The notes beneath the pieces were generated by a model. It ran no database searches. It saw only the letters and a program-made list of their open reading frames with translations, and was not told where the DNA came from. From a virus, in IMG/VR virus record IMGVR_UViG_3300045988_103931, positions 1 through 64,000 of that record: 64,000 bases of DNA. One strand, given 5' to 3'. The translations under genes and the position numbers were made by a program. Position 1 is the stretch's first letter. Every line of letters starts with the position of its first letter. This document shows, one piece after another, positions 17,122-26,213 of the stretch.

Positions 17122-17358
17122 ATGTATATCGGTAATAATTACATGGTAAACACAAAACTTGCAAATGGAATCTATCACAACGAATACTTCATTGACGAAA
17201 AAAGCGCGATTGCATATGCAAACGAATGCTACAAACGCGGAGACATGGAGATTGAGCTACTGCGTCGTGGGAGATGTGGCTACTACAGAATGAAAAAAAT
17301 CGTCAGAAAGTTCGCTGGAAGTCCGTTATATGAAGTTGTATACGACGATTTCCGTTGA
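17122..17358 (+). CDS. hypothetical protein
   Basis: 78 aa. It is the first ORF after cassette c1 and has SD GAAGGGGAAG. Confidence 0.5.
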   Translation: MYIGNNYMVNTKLANGIYHNEYFIDEKSAIAYANECYKRGDMEIELLRRGRCGYYRMKKIVRKFAGSPLYEVVYDDFR

Positions 17359-17458
17359 ATTTGAGAATGACGCAGACGCAGAGTGACCGCCGAAAGGCGG
17401 GTAATGCGAGTACCGAAAACGGTAGCGGTCACAACTCCGCAAGAAAGGAACAAACAAA

Positions 17459-17725
17459 ATGAAATACGCAAGAAATATATACATACGCAATATATTTAGC
17501 AGTATGTACTCATTCGATTCACGGGATTCTGAATATCGCGAAATCGACCTCAAAGAAGCTACACGAAAGATGAATTCTCTCGAAAATATCTTAACGTGGT
17601 TCACAAAATATGAAACAGGAAGCGCAATAGTCTATTTACACCATAAAATTGAAAAAGAGAAAGACATTCAATATTGGAACACCATGGTTAAGGAAACAAT
17701 CGGAGAATATATTTTCTACAAATAA
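17459..17725 (+). CDS. hypothetical protein
   Basis: 88 aa, with a hairpin plus AGAAAGG SD upstream. Confidence 0.5.
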   Translation: MKYARNIYIRNIFSSMYSFDSRDSEYREIDLKEATRKMNSLENILTWFTKYETGSAIVYLHHKIEKEKDIQYWNTMVKETIGEYIFYK

Positions 17726-17778
17726 AGAATAAATTCACCGAACGAGAGCGGTTATTCTCCCGTAGAAAGGACTAAAAT

Positions 17779-18099
17779 ATGAAAACACGCATTATCGAAA
17801 ATATTTCAATAGCATTGTATCTTTCTTTTATAGTCTTGTGTGGAACGGCTGCATACTGGTGGGAGAACCTCACGAGCGCGGAAACATTAATAGGGTGGTG
17901 TATTTGCCTTGCCGTGCTTTTTGCCGCTGTGAGCGGTTGGAGAGCGTTTGTGAGACATGGTCTTGAAGTCATAGAATGGAGAGCAACACATAGAGCAATC
18001 CAGTATGACGCAAGAGGAAGTAGACAGGATGAAAACCACCTTGGTTACGTTTCGTCAGAATCAATACGAGAGATCAGCAAGAGAGGAAGAAATGAATAG
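17779..18099 (+). CDS. membrane protein (two TM helices)
   Basis: 106 aa, with a hairpin plus AGAAAGG SD. Hydrophobic helices: ISIALYLSFIVLCGTAAYWW and LIGWCICLAVLFAAVSGW. Confidence 0.5.
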   Translation: MKTRIIENISIALYLSFIVLCGTAAYWWENLTSAETLIGWCICLAVLFAAVSGWRAFVRHGLEVIEWRATHRAIQYDARGSRQDENHLGYVSSESIREISKRGRNE

Positions 18100-18457
18100 C
18101 TCAATATGGAAAGGAAAAGAAATAAGTGATTCACTTATTTTGAGAACAACGGAACGTTCCGCGCTAATTGCAATGCCACGTTATAGTGAGTATAGCGGAT
18201 ATACTTTTTGGCATCCTCTAAAATTAGTTCGGCGCGAATATGGCATTGTGTCTCTCAGATATACGGATGATTTTCAATTCCGTTTGCAGAAACGTGAGAA
18301 AACAAGAAAAGGGCAATGGGAACTTACGGACGAAGTTACACTAACGGCAGAAGAAATTGAGGATATTCTATCGGAAGAAGAACCACTGATATACACGCCG
18401 AAACCGTTAGAACCAGAACACGCAACAGTTGATGAAAGTTTGGTGGATGATGAGTAA
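18029..18457 (+). CDS. hypothetical protein
   Basis: ATG 18029 lies behind GAGGAAG. The ORF-track start at 18005 has no SD. Confidence 0.45.
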   Translation: MKTTLVTFRQNQYERSAREEEMNSSIWKGKEISDSLILRTTERSALIAMPRYSEYSGYTFWHPLKLVRREYGIVSLRYTDDFQFRLQKREKTRKGQWELTDEVTLTAEEIEDILSEEEPLIYTPKPLEPEHATVDESLVDDE

Positions 18458-19691
18458 TACAAAAACACAAAATCAAGCAATAGAAAAATTAGGACGATTG
18501 AAAGTTGGTGCGCTATTTATGGAGATGGGAACAGGGAAAACGAAAACCGCCCTTGATCTTATCGCGTCCAAACAAAACAAGATAGATTATACGCTTTGGA
18601 TATGCCCTTGCTCATTAAAAACGGAAATCGAATCCGAACGGCAAAAGTGGCATCCAGAATTAGAACTTGACGTTGTAGGCTGTGAGAGTATCGGCAGCAG
18701 TAACAGAATTTATCTTGAACTCATGAAAAAAGTAGAGGGAAAGCGAACATTTATCGTTGTAGATGAAAGTCTTAAAATCAAGAATCGTCACGCAAAAAGA
18801 ACGATGAGGATAACAAAGTTAGGAGAAGAAGCAAAGTATAAATTGATTCTCAACGGAACTCCTATATCGAAAAGTTATTGCGATTTGTGGACACAAATGG
18901 AATTTTTAAGTCCGAAAATACTCTCGATGTCATACAATCAATTCTACAATACATACTGCGAATATTACACGCGCGGAAAATACAAAGGAAGAATAAAGAG
19001 GTTTGTAAATATACCACACCTTATAGATAAGATATCTCCGTATGTATTTGAAGCTGCACTTGATATAAACACTCAGAAAATTTACCATACACGTTGTTAC
19101 TCAACTCCGATGGACAAATACGAAGAATACAAAGAAGAAATATTCGAACAATATTATGATAATAAAGAGGATGACTTAAATTTTAATGCGTTCTCAATGA
19201 AACTCCAAAAATATTATGGCGAACATTCCGACAGAACGGAATGCATAAATAACCTAATAGAAGAAATAGGCGATCAGGTGATTGTCTTTGTTAGATTTAT
19301 AACGAGCATTCCCGAAGGAGCGCGCAAAATCACAGGAGCTGAAAAACAGTGTGAACGCAAGAATATATTGGATTCATTCAAACGAAAAGAATTTAATGTG
19401 TTGTACATTACTTACGGTTGCGGGTCTTTTGGGCTTAACTTACAGTTTTGCAAGAATATGATATTTGCGGAACACACATGGGACTACGCTGTGAGGGAAC
19501 AAGCAGAAGCAAGAATATATAGAATGGGGCAAGGTGAGGAAGTCAATTATTACAACATGATATGTGATGGCGTGGGACTTGAGGAAATGATATTCGATTG
19601 TGTATCAAAGAAAAGCAATATGCTTGATACGGTGAAAAAAGAGATACAGAAGCACAACGGTAGTACAAAAGATTTTATCAAAACCCTATAA
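18429..19691 (+). CDS. SNF2-family helicase/ATPase
   Basis: Motifs: MGTGKTKTAL (I), VVDESLKIKN (II), LNGTPISKSYCDLWTQMEFL (III) and EQAEARIYRMGQ (VI). The start may be ATG 18447. Confidence 0.7.
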   Translation: MMKVWWMMSNTKTQNQAIEKLGRLKVGALFMEMGTGKTKTALDLIASKQNKIDYTLWICPCSLKTEIESERQKWHPELELDVVGCESIGSSNRIYLELMKKVEGKRTFIVVDESLKIKNRHAKRTMRITKLGEEAKYKLILNGTPISKSYCDLWTQMEFLSPKILSMSYNQFYNTYCEYYTRGKYKGRIKRFVNIPHLIDKISPYVFEAALDINTQKIYHTRCYSTPMDKYEEYKEEIFEQYYDNKEDDLNFNAFSMKLQKYYGEHSDRTECINNLIEEIGDQVIVFVRFITSIPEGARKITGAEKQCERKNILDSFKRKEFNVLYITYGCGSFGLNLQFCKNMIFAEHTWDYAVREQAEARIYRMGQGEEVNYYNMICDGVGLEEMIFDCVSKKSNMLDTVKKEIQKHNGSTKDFIKTL

Positions 19692-19694
19692 ATA

Positions 19695-19766
19695 TGAACA
19701 ACGATTTACAAATTGTTTATAAAATAATGCAGAATTAAGTGCCGCTTGTGTGGTATAATATATACA
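19695..19766 (+). promoter_or_regulatory. early promoter/operator cassette c2
   Basis: TGAACAacGATTTACAaatTGTTTAtAAAATAATgCAGAAT...TGTGGTATAATATATACA. Confidence 0.6.
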
Positions 19767-19813
19767 GAACAAAAGAAAAGCCTACGGGCAAAGCGAGAAA
19801 GAGAGAAAATAAA

Positions 19814-20287
19814 ATGGCAAGAGCGGTAGCAAAGTGTAAATGCGCGACGTGTGGCAAAGAGTTTGAAGTTATCAAGCGTGATATGCGCAACAGTGCAGCG
19901 GCAAGAGACTTTGAAGAATGGGCGGCTAAAAACTGTGATGAATGCTCGGAATGCTATAAAGCGAGAATTGAAACAGAGAAAGCTAAGAAATTCAACGAGA
20001 TTGACGCAGAAGTCAATTTTCCCACACTGACAGCAGTATCTGATAAGCAGTTGGCGTTTGCCAACAAGAGACGTACCGAATATGTTATAGGGCATACAGA
20101 AACAATCAAAGCAATGAGTGAGTTTCTGAAAACACTTGATAGCCGTAAACAAGAGTTGGAACGGATGTGTGCCGAACACGGGACAACATTTGAAGTGGAA
20201 TATAAAAGAACTATCGAACTATATAAGAAAGAATATACAATCCTGACAGAGACAAGCGCAGGAAAGCTCCTTGATGTTATCGCGTAA
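19814..20287 (+). CDS. zinc-ribbon protein, function unknown
   Basis: ATG 19814 lies behind GAGAGAAAA. The protein carries CKCATCGK...CDECSEC. Confidence 0.5.
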   Translation: MARAVAKCKCATCGKEFEVIKRDMRNSAAARDFEEWAAKNCDECSECYKARIETEKAKKFNEIDAEVNFPTLTAVSDKQLAFANKRRTEYVIGHTETIKAMSEFLKTLDSRKQELERMCAEHGTTFEVEYKRTIELYKKEYTILTETSAGKLLDVIA

Positions 20288-20346
20288 ATAAAACAATCTA
20301 CTTGCAAAGAACTGCGCTAACGGTTTGACGGGCAGAAAGGTTGACG

Positions 20347-21207
20347 GTGTTTTATATAGGAGATTGGGATAAGCAGAAAATCATTTCCCACTACATCGAA
20401 AACAATGATGTAAAAAAAGTCTTGGTGATATACAGCAAGCAACGGAATGAATATGAAACGGGCATAGAAACCCGATATATAGAATTACATCTTGCTAAAG
20501 CACATGAGACGCACTACGAGTTATTACAGTACATAAACAGATACACGCTAATTGTTATGGATGATTTGTTAGTATCACAGCAAAGATACATGAACGAATA
20601 TAACTGTGTTGCTAACTTTGTCAATCAAACCCCGCACAGACTTGTATTTAACTATCTCCCGTTTATTGAGCAAAAAGACGATTTCATGATTCTGCTTGAC
20701 TTTTACAACAGAGTGAAATACAAGGGCGAAAGATTTGATTATGAGCTTTTCAAAGACTTCAAATACTTCATCAAGCCTGTGCATATTAAAGTCAATTTTC
20801 ATGAAGTGGAGGTAATGAATGAAGATGTAAGAAATTACAATCAGCAAAGGGATGAATTGTTCGCCGAAATCGGTCTTGCAAATCCGCAGATAATCCCTAA
20901 TAGATTATCCGCAATGTGTGGAGATGTAAAGTATAAAACCGCTCCATTCGATAAAATGATTGCGAGAAATCGGCGATATAAGAATTTAACCACATTCAAG
21001 GATTCTGCGGTTAATCCGATTCTGGAATTTCCCGTTAAAAGACAAGACTTTGTTGAGTGGATTTCAAGAACGAAACAGACGGAGATTGATGTATTAACAA
21101 GCCAGTTGAGCATGGATGAATGGTATAAACAGGATTATCTGAACTGGATAGAAAGGCTTGAAGAATTTTATGATAAGGCAAACATTTATCGGAATAAACG
21201 TAGTTGA
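20347..21207 (+). CDS. module-1 protein X1 (unknown; paralog of 22846..23565)
   Basis: GTG 20347 lies 6 nt after AGAAAGG. It shares IGDWDKQKI / IGEYDKTKI, HRLVFNYLPF / HRLIFNYFPI and DFMIL with X2. Confidence 0.6.
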   Translation: MFYIGDWDKQKIISHYIENNDVKKVLVIYSKQRNEYETGIETRYIELHLAKAHETHYELLQYINRYTLIVMDDLLVSQQRYMNEYNCVANFVNQTPHRLVFNYLPFIEQKDDFMILLDFYNRVKYKGERFDYELFKDFKYFIKPVHIKVNFHEVEVMNEDVRNYNQQRDELFAEIGLANPQIIPNRLSAMCGDVKYKTAPFDKMIARNRRYKNLTTFKDSAVNPILEFPVKRQDFVEWISRTKQTEIDVLTSQLSMDEWYKQDYLNWIERLEEFYDKANIYRNKRS

Positions 21208-22309
21208 AGCAACAAAGAAAAGAATCGAGTGGATTTTTGATAACTTTGAACACATAGTCGTAAGCATTAGTGGCGGGAAAGATAGCACGGTTCTTGCGTA
21301 CATGACATTGCAAGAAGCGCACAAGAGAAACCGAAAGATAGGCATTTTCTTCCTCGATGAAGAAGTGGTCTATCAAAGCACGGTAGATCAGGTGCGGTAC
21401 TTGATGGAACTTTATCCAGAAAACACGGTGAAGATGTGGTATCAATTGGAGTTTAATCTCACAAATGCCACAAGCCTTGATGAAACACAGTTTAAAGTAT
21501 GGGATAAAGACAAGCAAGATATTTGGATGAGACCGAAAGAACCGGACAGCATTACATATCCAACATGGGACTTGAGCAAAGAAACAATCCGCAACAAAAA
21601 GAAAGGTTTTGGGTTTTTCGACGCTATGGATAACTTTGTAGCCACATACACAAATACGGCATATCTAATCGGATTAAGAGCAGCCGAAAGTTTGAACAGG
21701 TGGAGAGCGGTTACAAAGTACGCAGGAATCCCAAACGTCTATTGGAGTACATACAGAAACAACGGCAATTATAACCTATATCCGCTGTACGATTGGAACT
21801 TTCAAGACATTTGGAAATATCTTTACGAAAACAAAATAAGATACTCCAAAATATACGATTATCAGTATAAAAAAGGACTTGGTATGAAAGACATGAGAGT
21901 GTCGAGTTTGATACACGAAAAGTCATTTCATTCACTTGTCGAACTTCCGGAGTTTGAGCCGGAAACATACGATAAGCTAATAATCAGAACACAGGGGGTG
22001 CAGGTCGGAAATATCTATGGCAAAGACGATTTAATGCTCAGATGTAGGAAATTGCCTAAAAATTTCAAAGATTGGATGGAATACAGAGATTTTCTGTTAT
22101 CGACTGTAAAGGAAGACGATATAAAAGCGATATTTGAAAAGCGTTTCTCGAAACAGCTTAACAACAACTACGTCGCGCGTCAGCAGTGCAAACAGCTAAT
22201 ACTGAATGACTATGAAAACAATCTTGGAATAACGAACGGCGAGGACAAACGAGAAAAAGAACTGAAATACTGGAAAGGAGTTTTATATGGTGAAAGTTAT
22301 ACAGAGTGA
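21170..22309 (+). CDS. module-1 PP-loop ATPase, PAPS-reductase family (IbrA-like)
   Basis: It has the PP-loop VSISGGKDS, plus RKIGIFFLDEEVVY, LRAAESLNR, YPLYDW, RVSSLIHEKSF and a C-terminal ARQQCKQLILNDYENN. It overlaps X1. The ORF-track start is 21158. Confidence 0.7.
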   Translation: MIRQTFIGINVVEATKKRIEWIFDNFEHIVVSISGGKDSTVLAYMTLQEAHKRNRKIGIFFLDEEVVYQSTVDQVRYLMELYPENTVKMWYQLEFNLTNATSLDETQFKVWDKDKQDIWMRPKEPDSITYPTWDLSKETIRNKKKGFGFFDAMDNFVATYTNTAYLIGLRAAESLNRWRAVTKYAGIPNVYWSTYRNNGNYNLYPLYDWNFQDIWKYLYENKIRYSKIYDYQYKKGLGMKDMRVSSLIHEKSFHSLVELPEFEPETYDKLIIRTQGVQVGNIYGKDDLMLRCRKLPKNFKDWMEYRDFLLSTVKEDDIKAIFEKRFSKQLNNNYVARQQCKQLILNDYENNLGITNGEDKREKELKYWKGVLYGESYTE

Positions 22310-22844
22310 AAAAGGAGAAATTAAACTACCATGTTTCGATGTGGTGTTGGTTGACATTGATAAGGTTGTGGCGAATGACTACAACCCCAACCATGTCAGC
22401 GTAAAAAATATGCAGTTACTTGAAGAAAGCATTATAAGCAACGGCTTTTGTTTCCCTGTGGTAACCATACATGATGAAAAGAAAGACGAGTACATTATTA
22501 TAGACGGCTTTCACAGATACACGATATTCAAGGACTATCTAAAGGCAAAGCAGCTTCCTGTTGTTGTACTCGACCACGATTTGAGCAAACGTATGATTGC
22601 AACGGTTCAGTTTAACAGAGCAAGAGGAGTTCATCATGTGGAGCTTATGGGGGATCTTGTGAAAGCGTTGGCGGGAGAGGGAATAACAGACGAACAAATA
22701 GCTGTAAGCCTTGGAATGGAAATGGAGGAAGTGTACAGGCTGAAGCAAATCACGGGCGTTGCAGAGCTGTTTAAAAATCAGTTATACAGTCCTGCATGGG
22801 AAATGAAAGACATGGACAAGAACGTGTACTATCAGGGAGATTGA
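22287..22844 (+). CDS. module-1 ParB-N-domain protein (IbrB-like)
   Basis: Motifs: ANDYNPNHV, NGFCFPVVT, IIIDGFHRYT and VQFNRARGVH. It overlaps the IbrA-like gene. Confidence 0.7.
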   Translation: MVKVIQSEKGEIKLPCFDVVLVDIDKVVANDYNPNHVSVKNMQLLEESIISNGFCFPVVTIHDEKKDEYIIIDGFHRYTIFKDYLKAKQLPVVVLDHDLSKRMIATVQFNRARGVHHVELMGDLVKALAGEGITDEQIAVSLGMEMEEVYRLKQITGVAELFKNQLYSPAWEMKDMDKNVYYQGD

Positions 22845-22845
22845 T

Positions 22846-23565
22846 ATGAAAAAAATATACATAGGAGAATACGACAAAACAAAAATTGTCAATGAATATA
22901 TCTCCGAAAACAAAATTGATAAGGTATATATTATCGGAGACGATATATCAATTGACTTTGAGAACAAGGAAAACATAAAATTTTCCGATACCATAATGTA
23001 CAAATATTTCTACAGGCTATTGCAGGAAATCAATAAGGATTCGTTAATCGTACTTAATGAGTGCTTAAAAAAGCAGAACAGATACGATTTAACATATAAC
23101 TGTATCAGACGGTATATGTTACAGACAGACCACCGCTTAATCTTCAACTATTTCCCCATCGTCAAAGAACAAGAAGATTTTATGATCTTGTACGATATGC
23201 TTCAAAACAATCCGTTCTTGAAAGAACCCTATAAATATATCACTGAATTTGAAAATGTTGAAGTTAGCAAGGTTGTATTTGATGTCAACAAAACCGACGT
23301 TGTTTTGCCAGATGAGTGTGAAGCAGAGTATGAGCGTGAAAAAGAAAACCTCATCGGCAAGGTGAATAAAGACCCCGATATAATTCCGAGAGGGTTGTTA
23401 AGATTCAGCGAAAAGAAGAAACCAAAGAACTATGACAGTTTGGCGAAAATTAAGCCAGTGATGAACGTGGCAGTAAGTCAGTTAAAGGTTGATACGTATT
23501 ATTACAACGAATTACTAAACTTTAGAAAGGAATTGACCGATGTCTTACAAAAAATACACGGATAA
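22846..23565 (+). CDS. module-2 protein X2 (unknown; paralog of X1)
   Basis: 239 aa. See X1 for the shared motifs. Confidence 0.6.
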   Translation: MKKIYIGEYDKTKIVNEYISENKIDKVYIIGDDISIDFENKENIKFSDTIMYKYFYRLLQEINKDSLIVLNECLKKQNRYDLTYNCIRRYMLQTDHRLIFNYFPIVKEQEDFMILYDMLQNNPFLKEPYKYITEFENVEVSKVVFDVNKTDVVLPDECEAEYEREKENLIGKVNKDPDIIPRGLLRFSEKKKPKNYDSLAKIKPVMNVAVSQLKVDTYYYNELLNFRKELTDVLQKIHG

Positions 23566-24655
23566 AACCGTGTTAGAAGCAACGAAAGAGAGAATCAGCT
23601 ACATTTTCGATGAGTTTGAAAACATCATTGTTTCTATCAGCGGGGGGAAAGACAGCGAAGTGTTGTGTTATCTTGCACTTCAAGAAGCAAGGAAAAGAGG
23701 CAGAAAGATAGGCATATTCTTTTTGGATGAAGAAGTTGTTTATAAATCCACCATAGAAATGGTGGAGTACCTCATGAGTATGTACCCCGAAAACACAAAC
23801 AGATTTTGGTTGCAAATTCCTTTTAATCTCACAAACTCAACAAGTTTCGCTGACGGGCAGGTGAATTGTTGGGAACAGGCAAAAAAACCTGTATGGATGC
23901 ACAAGAGAAGTGAGAAGAACATACTCAGAAAAACATGGTCGCATGAGACGCATATCGCAGACAAAAACAAAGGTTTTGGCTTCTACGATGTAATGTACAA
24001 CTTTGAATATTCATTTGAAAACACAGCTTTTCTTGTCGGATTAAGAGCGGACGAAAGTTTGAACCGATACAGAACAATGGTAAAGCGCAAAGGCTACAAG
24101 GACATTTACTGGAGTACAAAAAGAGCAGGAACAAATTATTCGTTTTATCCTCTTTATGACTGGGGATTCAATGATGTATGGAAGTTCATCGGAGAAAACA
24201 ATCTGAAATATCATAAGTTTTATGATTTTGCCTACAAAAAAGGAAAGCACATCAATGAGATCAGAGTGTCGAGCTTGACGCACGAAAAAAGTTTCAAGTC
24301 GATTCAAGACTTGCCCGAATTTGAGTTTGATACATACGAAAAACTATTGAAGCGTATAAAAGGCATTTCGTTTGCGCAAGAAACCGCAAAAGACAGGAAA
24401 ATGTTTAAGGTGCAGAAGCTCCCGCAGAACTATAAGTCGTGGAGAGAGTACAGAGATTTTCTACTTGCAACATACCCAGACGAAAGCAAGAAACCTATTT
24501 TTGAAAAACGATTTGCCAAGCATCTTGACAATGAATTTGTTGCAAGACAGCAGTGCAAACAGCTTGTTCTTAACGATTACGAAAATAACTTCCCGGTAAA
24601 AAACACAGAAGACCCGATTATGGAAAGAATCAATTATTGGAGGAAAGTGTTATGA
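23540..24655 (+). CDS. module-2 PP-loop ATPase, PAPS-reductase family (IbrA-like)
   Basis: Motifs: VSISGGKDS, RKIGIFFLDEEVVY, LRADESLNR, YPLYDW, RVSSLTHEKSF and ARQQCKQLVLNDYENN. It is collinear with the module-1 copy. Confidence 0.7.
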   Translation: MSYKKYTDKTVLEATKERISYIFDEFENIIVSISGGKDSEVLCYLALQEARKRGRKIGIFFLDEEVVYKSTIEMVEYLMSMYPENTNRFWLQIPFNLTNSTSFADGQVNCWEQAKKPVWMHKRSEKNILRKTWSHETHIADKNKGFGFYDVMYNFEYSFENTAFLVGLRADESLNRYRTMVKRKGYKDIYWSTKRAGTNYSFYPLYDWGFNDVWKFIGENNLKYHKFYDFAYKKGKHINEIRVSSLTHEKSFKSIQDLPEFEFDTYEKLLKRIKGISFAQETAKDRKMFKVQKLPQNYKSWREYRDFLLATYPDESKKPIFEKRFAKHLDNEFVARQQCKQLVLNDYENNFPVKNTEDPIMERINYWRKVL

Positions 24656-25185
24656 AGATAGATATTCCGTGCCTTAACATCAAACTTGTTGACAGAGATA
24701 TGTTACAGGCGAATAATTACAACCCGAACAATGTGCCAAAGGATAAGATGGAATTGCTCAAGCAGTCGATTATCGACAATGGTTTTTGCTTTCCTATTGT
24801 AACGATTTGGAGCGAGGAAGATGAGAAGTATATCATCATTGATGGATTCCATAGATATACAATGTGTATGCCGGAGTGGTTGGACATAAAACAAGTGCCT
24901 GTCGTTGTGTTGAAACACGATTTAAGTCAGCGAATGGCAGCAACGATTCAGTTCAACAAGGCAAGGGGAGTTCATGCCGTCGACGGTGACGCAGAAATTG
25001 TTAGAAGTCTAATCGAACAGGGATTGAGCGAGGAAGAAATAAGCAAGCACCTTGGTATCGACATGGAAACCGTACTGAGATATAAGCAACTCACAGGAAT
25101 TGTTGAACTGTTCAAGAACGTTGAATATAGCAAGAGTTGGGAAGTCGGAGAGTTCGACGGAGAGGATGAAAAGGAGGATAGATAA
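24652..25185 (+). CDS. module-2 ParB-N-domain protein (IbrB-like)
   Basis: ATG 24652 lies behind GGAGGAAAG. Motifs: ANNYNPNNV, NGFCFPIVT, IIIDGFHRYT and IQFNKARGVH. Confidence 0.7.
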   Translation: MKIDIPCLNIKLVDRDMLQANNYNPNNVPKDKMELLKQSIIDNGFCFPIVTIWSEEDEKYIIIDGFHRYTMCMPEWLDIKQVPVVVLKHDLSQRMAATIQFNKARGVHAVDGDAEIVRSLIEQGLSEEEISKHLGIDMETVLRYKQLTGIVELFKNVEYSKSWEVGEFDGEDEKEDR

Positions 25186-25817
25186 TGAGCAAATGGGAAT
25201 ACGGCGGCGTATATAAGAATTACGATATGGATGGAGAAATCAATATCGGCGGCGGTATCTTGAAAGTGCATAATATTTTCGATCCGCTCCCTGATTTCAT
25301 GAAAAAAGCGGATTGCATTTTCTGTGACCCGCCTTGCTCACAAGGAAACATAAACAGCTTTTACACAAAAGCCGATAGAACAGATTATCAGACGAGCTAT
25401 GACCCGTTTGAAAATCGTTTCTTTGAGTGTATAGATGAGATAAAGCCTAACACTTTGTTTGTTGAAGTGTTCGCACAAAATGCAGCGAATTTCGCGGACA
25501 GATGCAATGATAGATATGCAAATATCCATGTCTACGAAACTACTTATTATCACAAAAAAGATTGCAAGTGTTTTATCATAGCTTGTTCAAACGTCATCGA
25601 CATACATAATCTGCCGTTTGAGGACATGGACGAAGAGGACGTTATAGCGTGGATAGGAAAGAATATTAATTATGAGTGTATTGGTGATTTATGTATGGGC
25701 AGAGGACTTGTAGGATGGCACTCATATATCAACGGAAAGCCTTTTGTCGGAACGGAAATAAACAAAAAACGGCTTGCTGTGCTTATTGATAAGATAACAA
25801 AACATCCGAAAAATTGA
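25185..25817 (+). CDS. divergent DNA-methyltransferase-like protein (motif IV before motif I)
   Basis: 210 aa. CIFCDPPCS resembles motif IV ((D/N/S)PP(Y/F/W)) but carries Cys. C-terminal GDLCMGRGLVG...GKPFVGTEIN resembles the AdoMet motif I of beta-class N4/N6 MTases. Confidence 0.45.
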   Translation: MSKWEYGGVYKNYDMDGEINIGGGILKVHNIFDPLPDFMKKADCIFCDPPCSQGNINSFYTKADRTDYQTSYDPFENRFFECIDEIKPNTLFVEVFAQNAANFADRCNDRYANIHVYETTYYHKKDCKCFIIACSNVIDIHNLPFEDMDEEDVIAWIGKNINYECIGDLCMGRGLVGWHSYINGKPFVGTEINKKRLAVLIDKITKHPKN

Positions 25818-25820
25818 CTA

Positions 25821-25848
25821 TACCGCCAAAATGGTATATTATGAACTA
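25821..25848 (+). promoter_or_regulatory. half-cassette promoter upstream of XRE gene
   Basis: ATACCgccaaaatGGTATATTATGAAC. The ATACC-N8-GGTAT palindrome overlaps a -10-like TATATT and is followed by an AAGAGTGTT / AACACTCTT hairpin. Confidence 0.4.
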
Positions 25849-25907
25849 AACAAAGTAAAGAGTGTTTGCTTATCGTGAACACTCTTTAAGTCTGAAAGGG
25901 TGATACG

Positions 25908-26138
25908 ATGACGTTAAAAGAAAAAAGGATTGAATCAGGATATACACAAAGTGAACTATCAGAAAAAGCAGGAATGAGCCTTAGAACATTACAGCACTTT
26001 GAAAGAAATTATAGACTGCCAGACAAAGCGCAACTTGAAACGCTCTGCAAACTTGCAATCGTGCTTAATTGTCCGATTGACGATTTAATTGTGAACGACG
26101 ATCTGAGAGAGCTATACCGAAAAGCGAAAACACTATAA
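25908..26138 (+). CDS. XRE-family HTH transcriptional regulator
   Basis: 76 aa, with GYTQSELSEKAGMSLRTLQHFERN. Confidence 0.75.
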   Translation: MTLKEKRIESGYTQSELSEKAGMSLRTLQHFERNYRLPDKAQLETLCKLAIVLNCPIDDLIVNDDLRELYRKAKTL

Positions 26139-26149
26139 AGGGCATGGAA

Positions 26150-26178
26150 ACAAAACCGACATAAACTGTCGGTTTTTG
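26150..26178 (+). terminator. intrinsic terminator
   Basis: ACCGACA (26155-26161), a 5-nt loop, TGTCGGT (26167-26173), then TTTT. Confidence 0.6.
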
Positions 26179-26213
26179 TGTGAGGTGAAATTTCAGAAAA
26201 TTCTCTCTAATTA

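Noticed and set aside
16234-17178. ORFs in the non-coding island: 16234..16452 (-), 16764..16958 (+) and 16906..17178 (-).
   Set aside because: - They run through terminator hairpins, promoter-like repeats and the origin-like repeat (HSHSHYHFHFHF comes from the hexamer run).
- They have no SD.
21158-21207. Whether the 38-50-nt overlap between X1 and the IbrA-like gene indicates a frameshift fusion.
   Set aside because: Module 2 shows the same arrangement with a 26-nt overlap, and both downstream genes have their own ATG. Ordinary overlapping, translationally coupled genes explain this.
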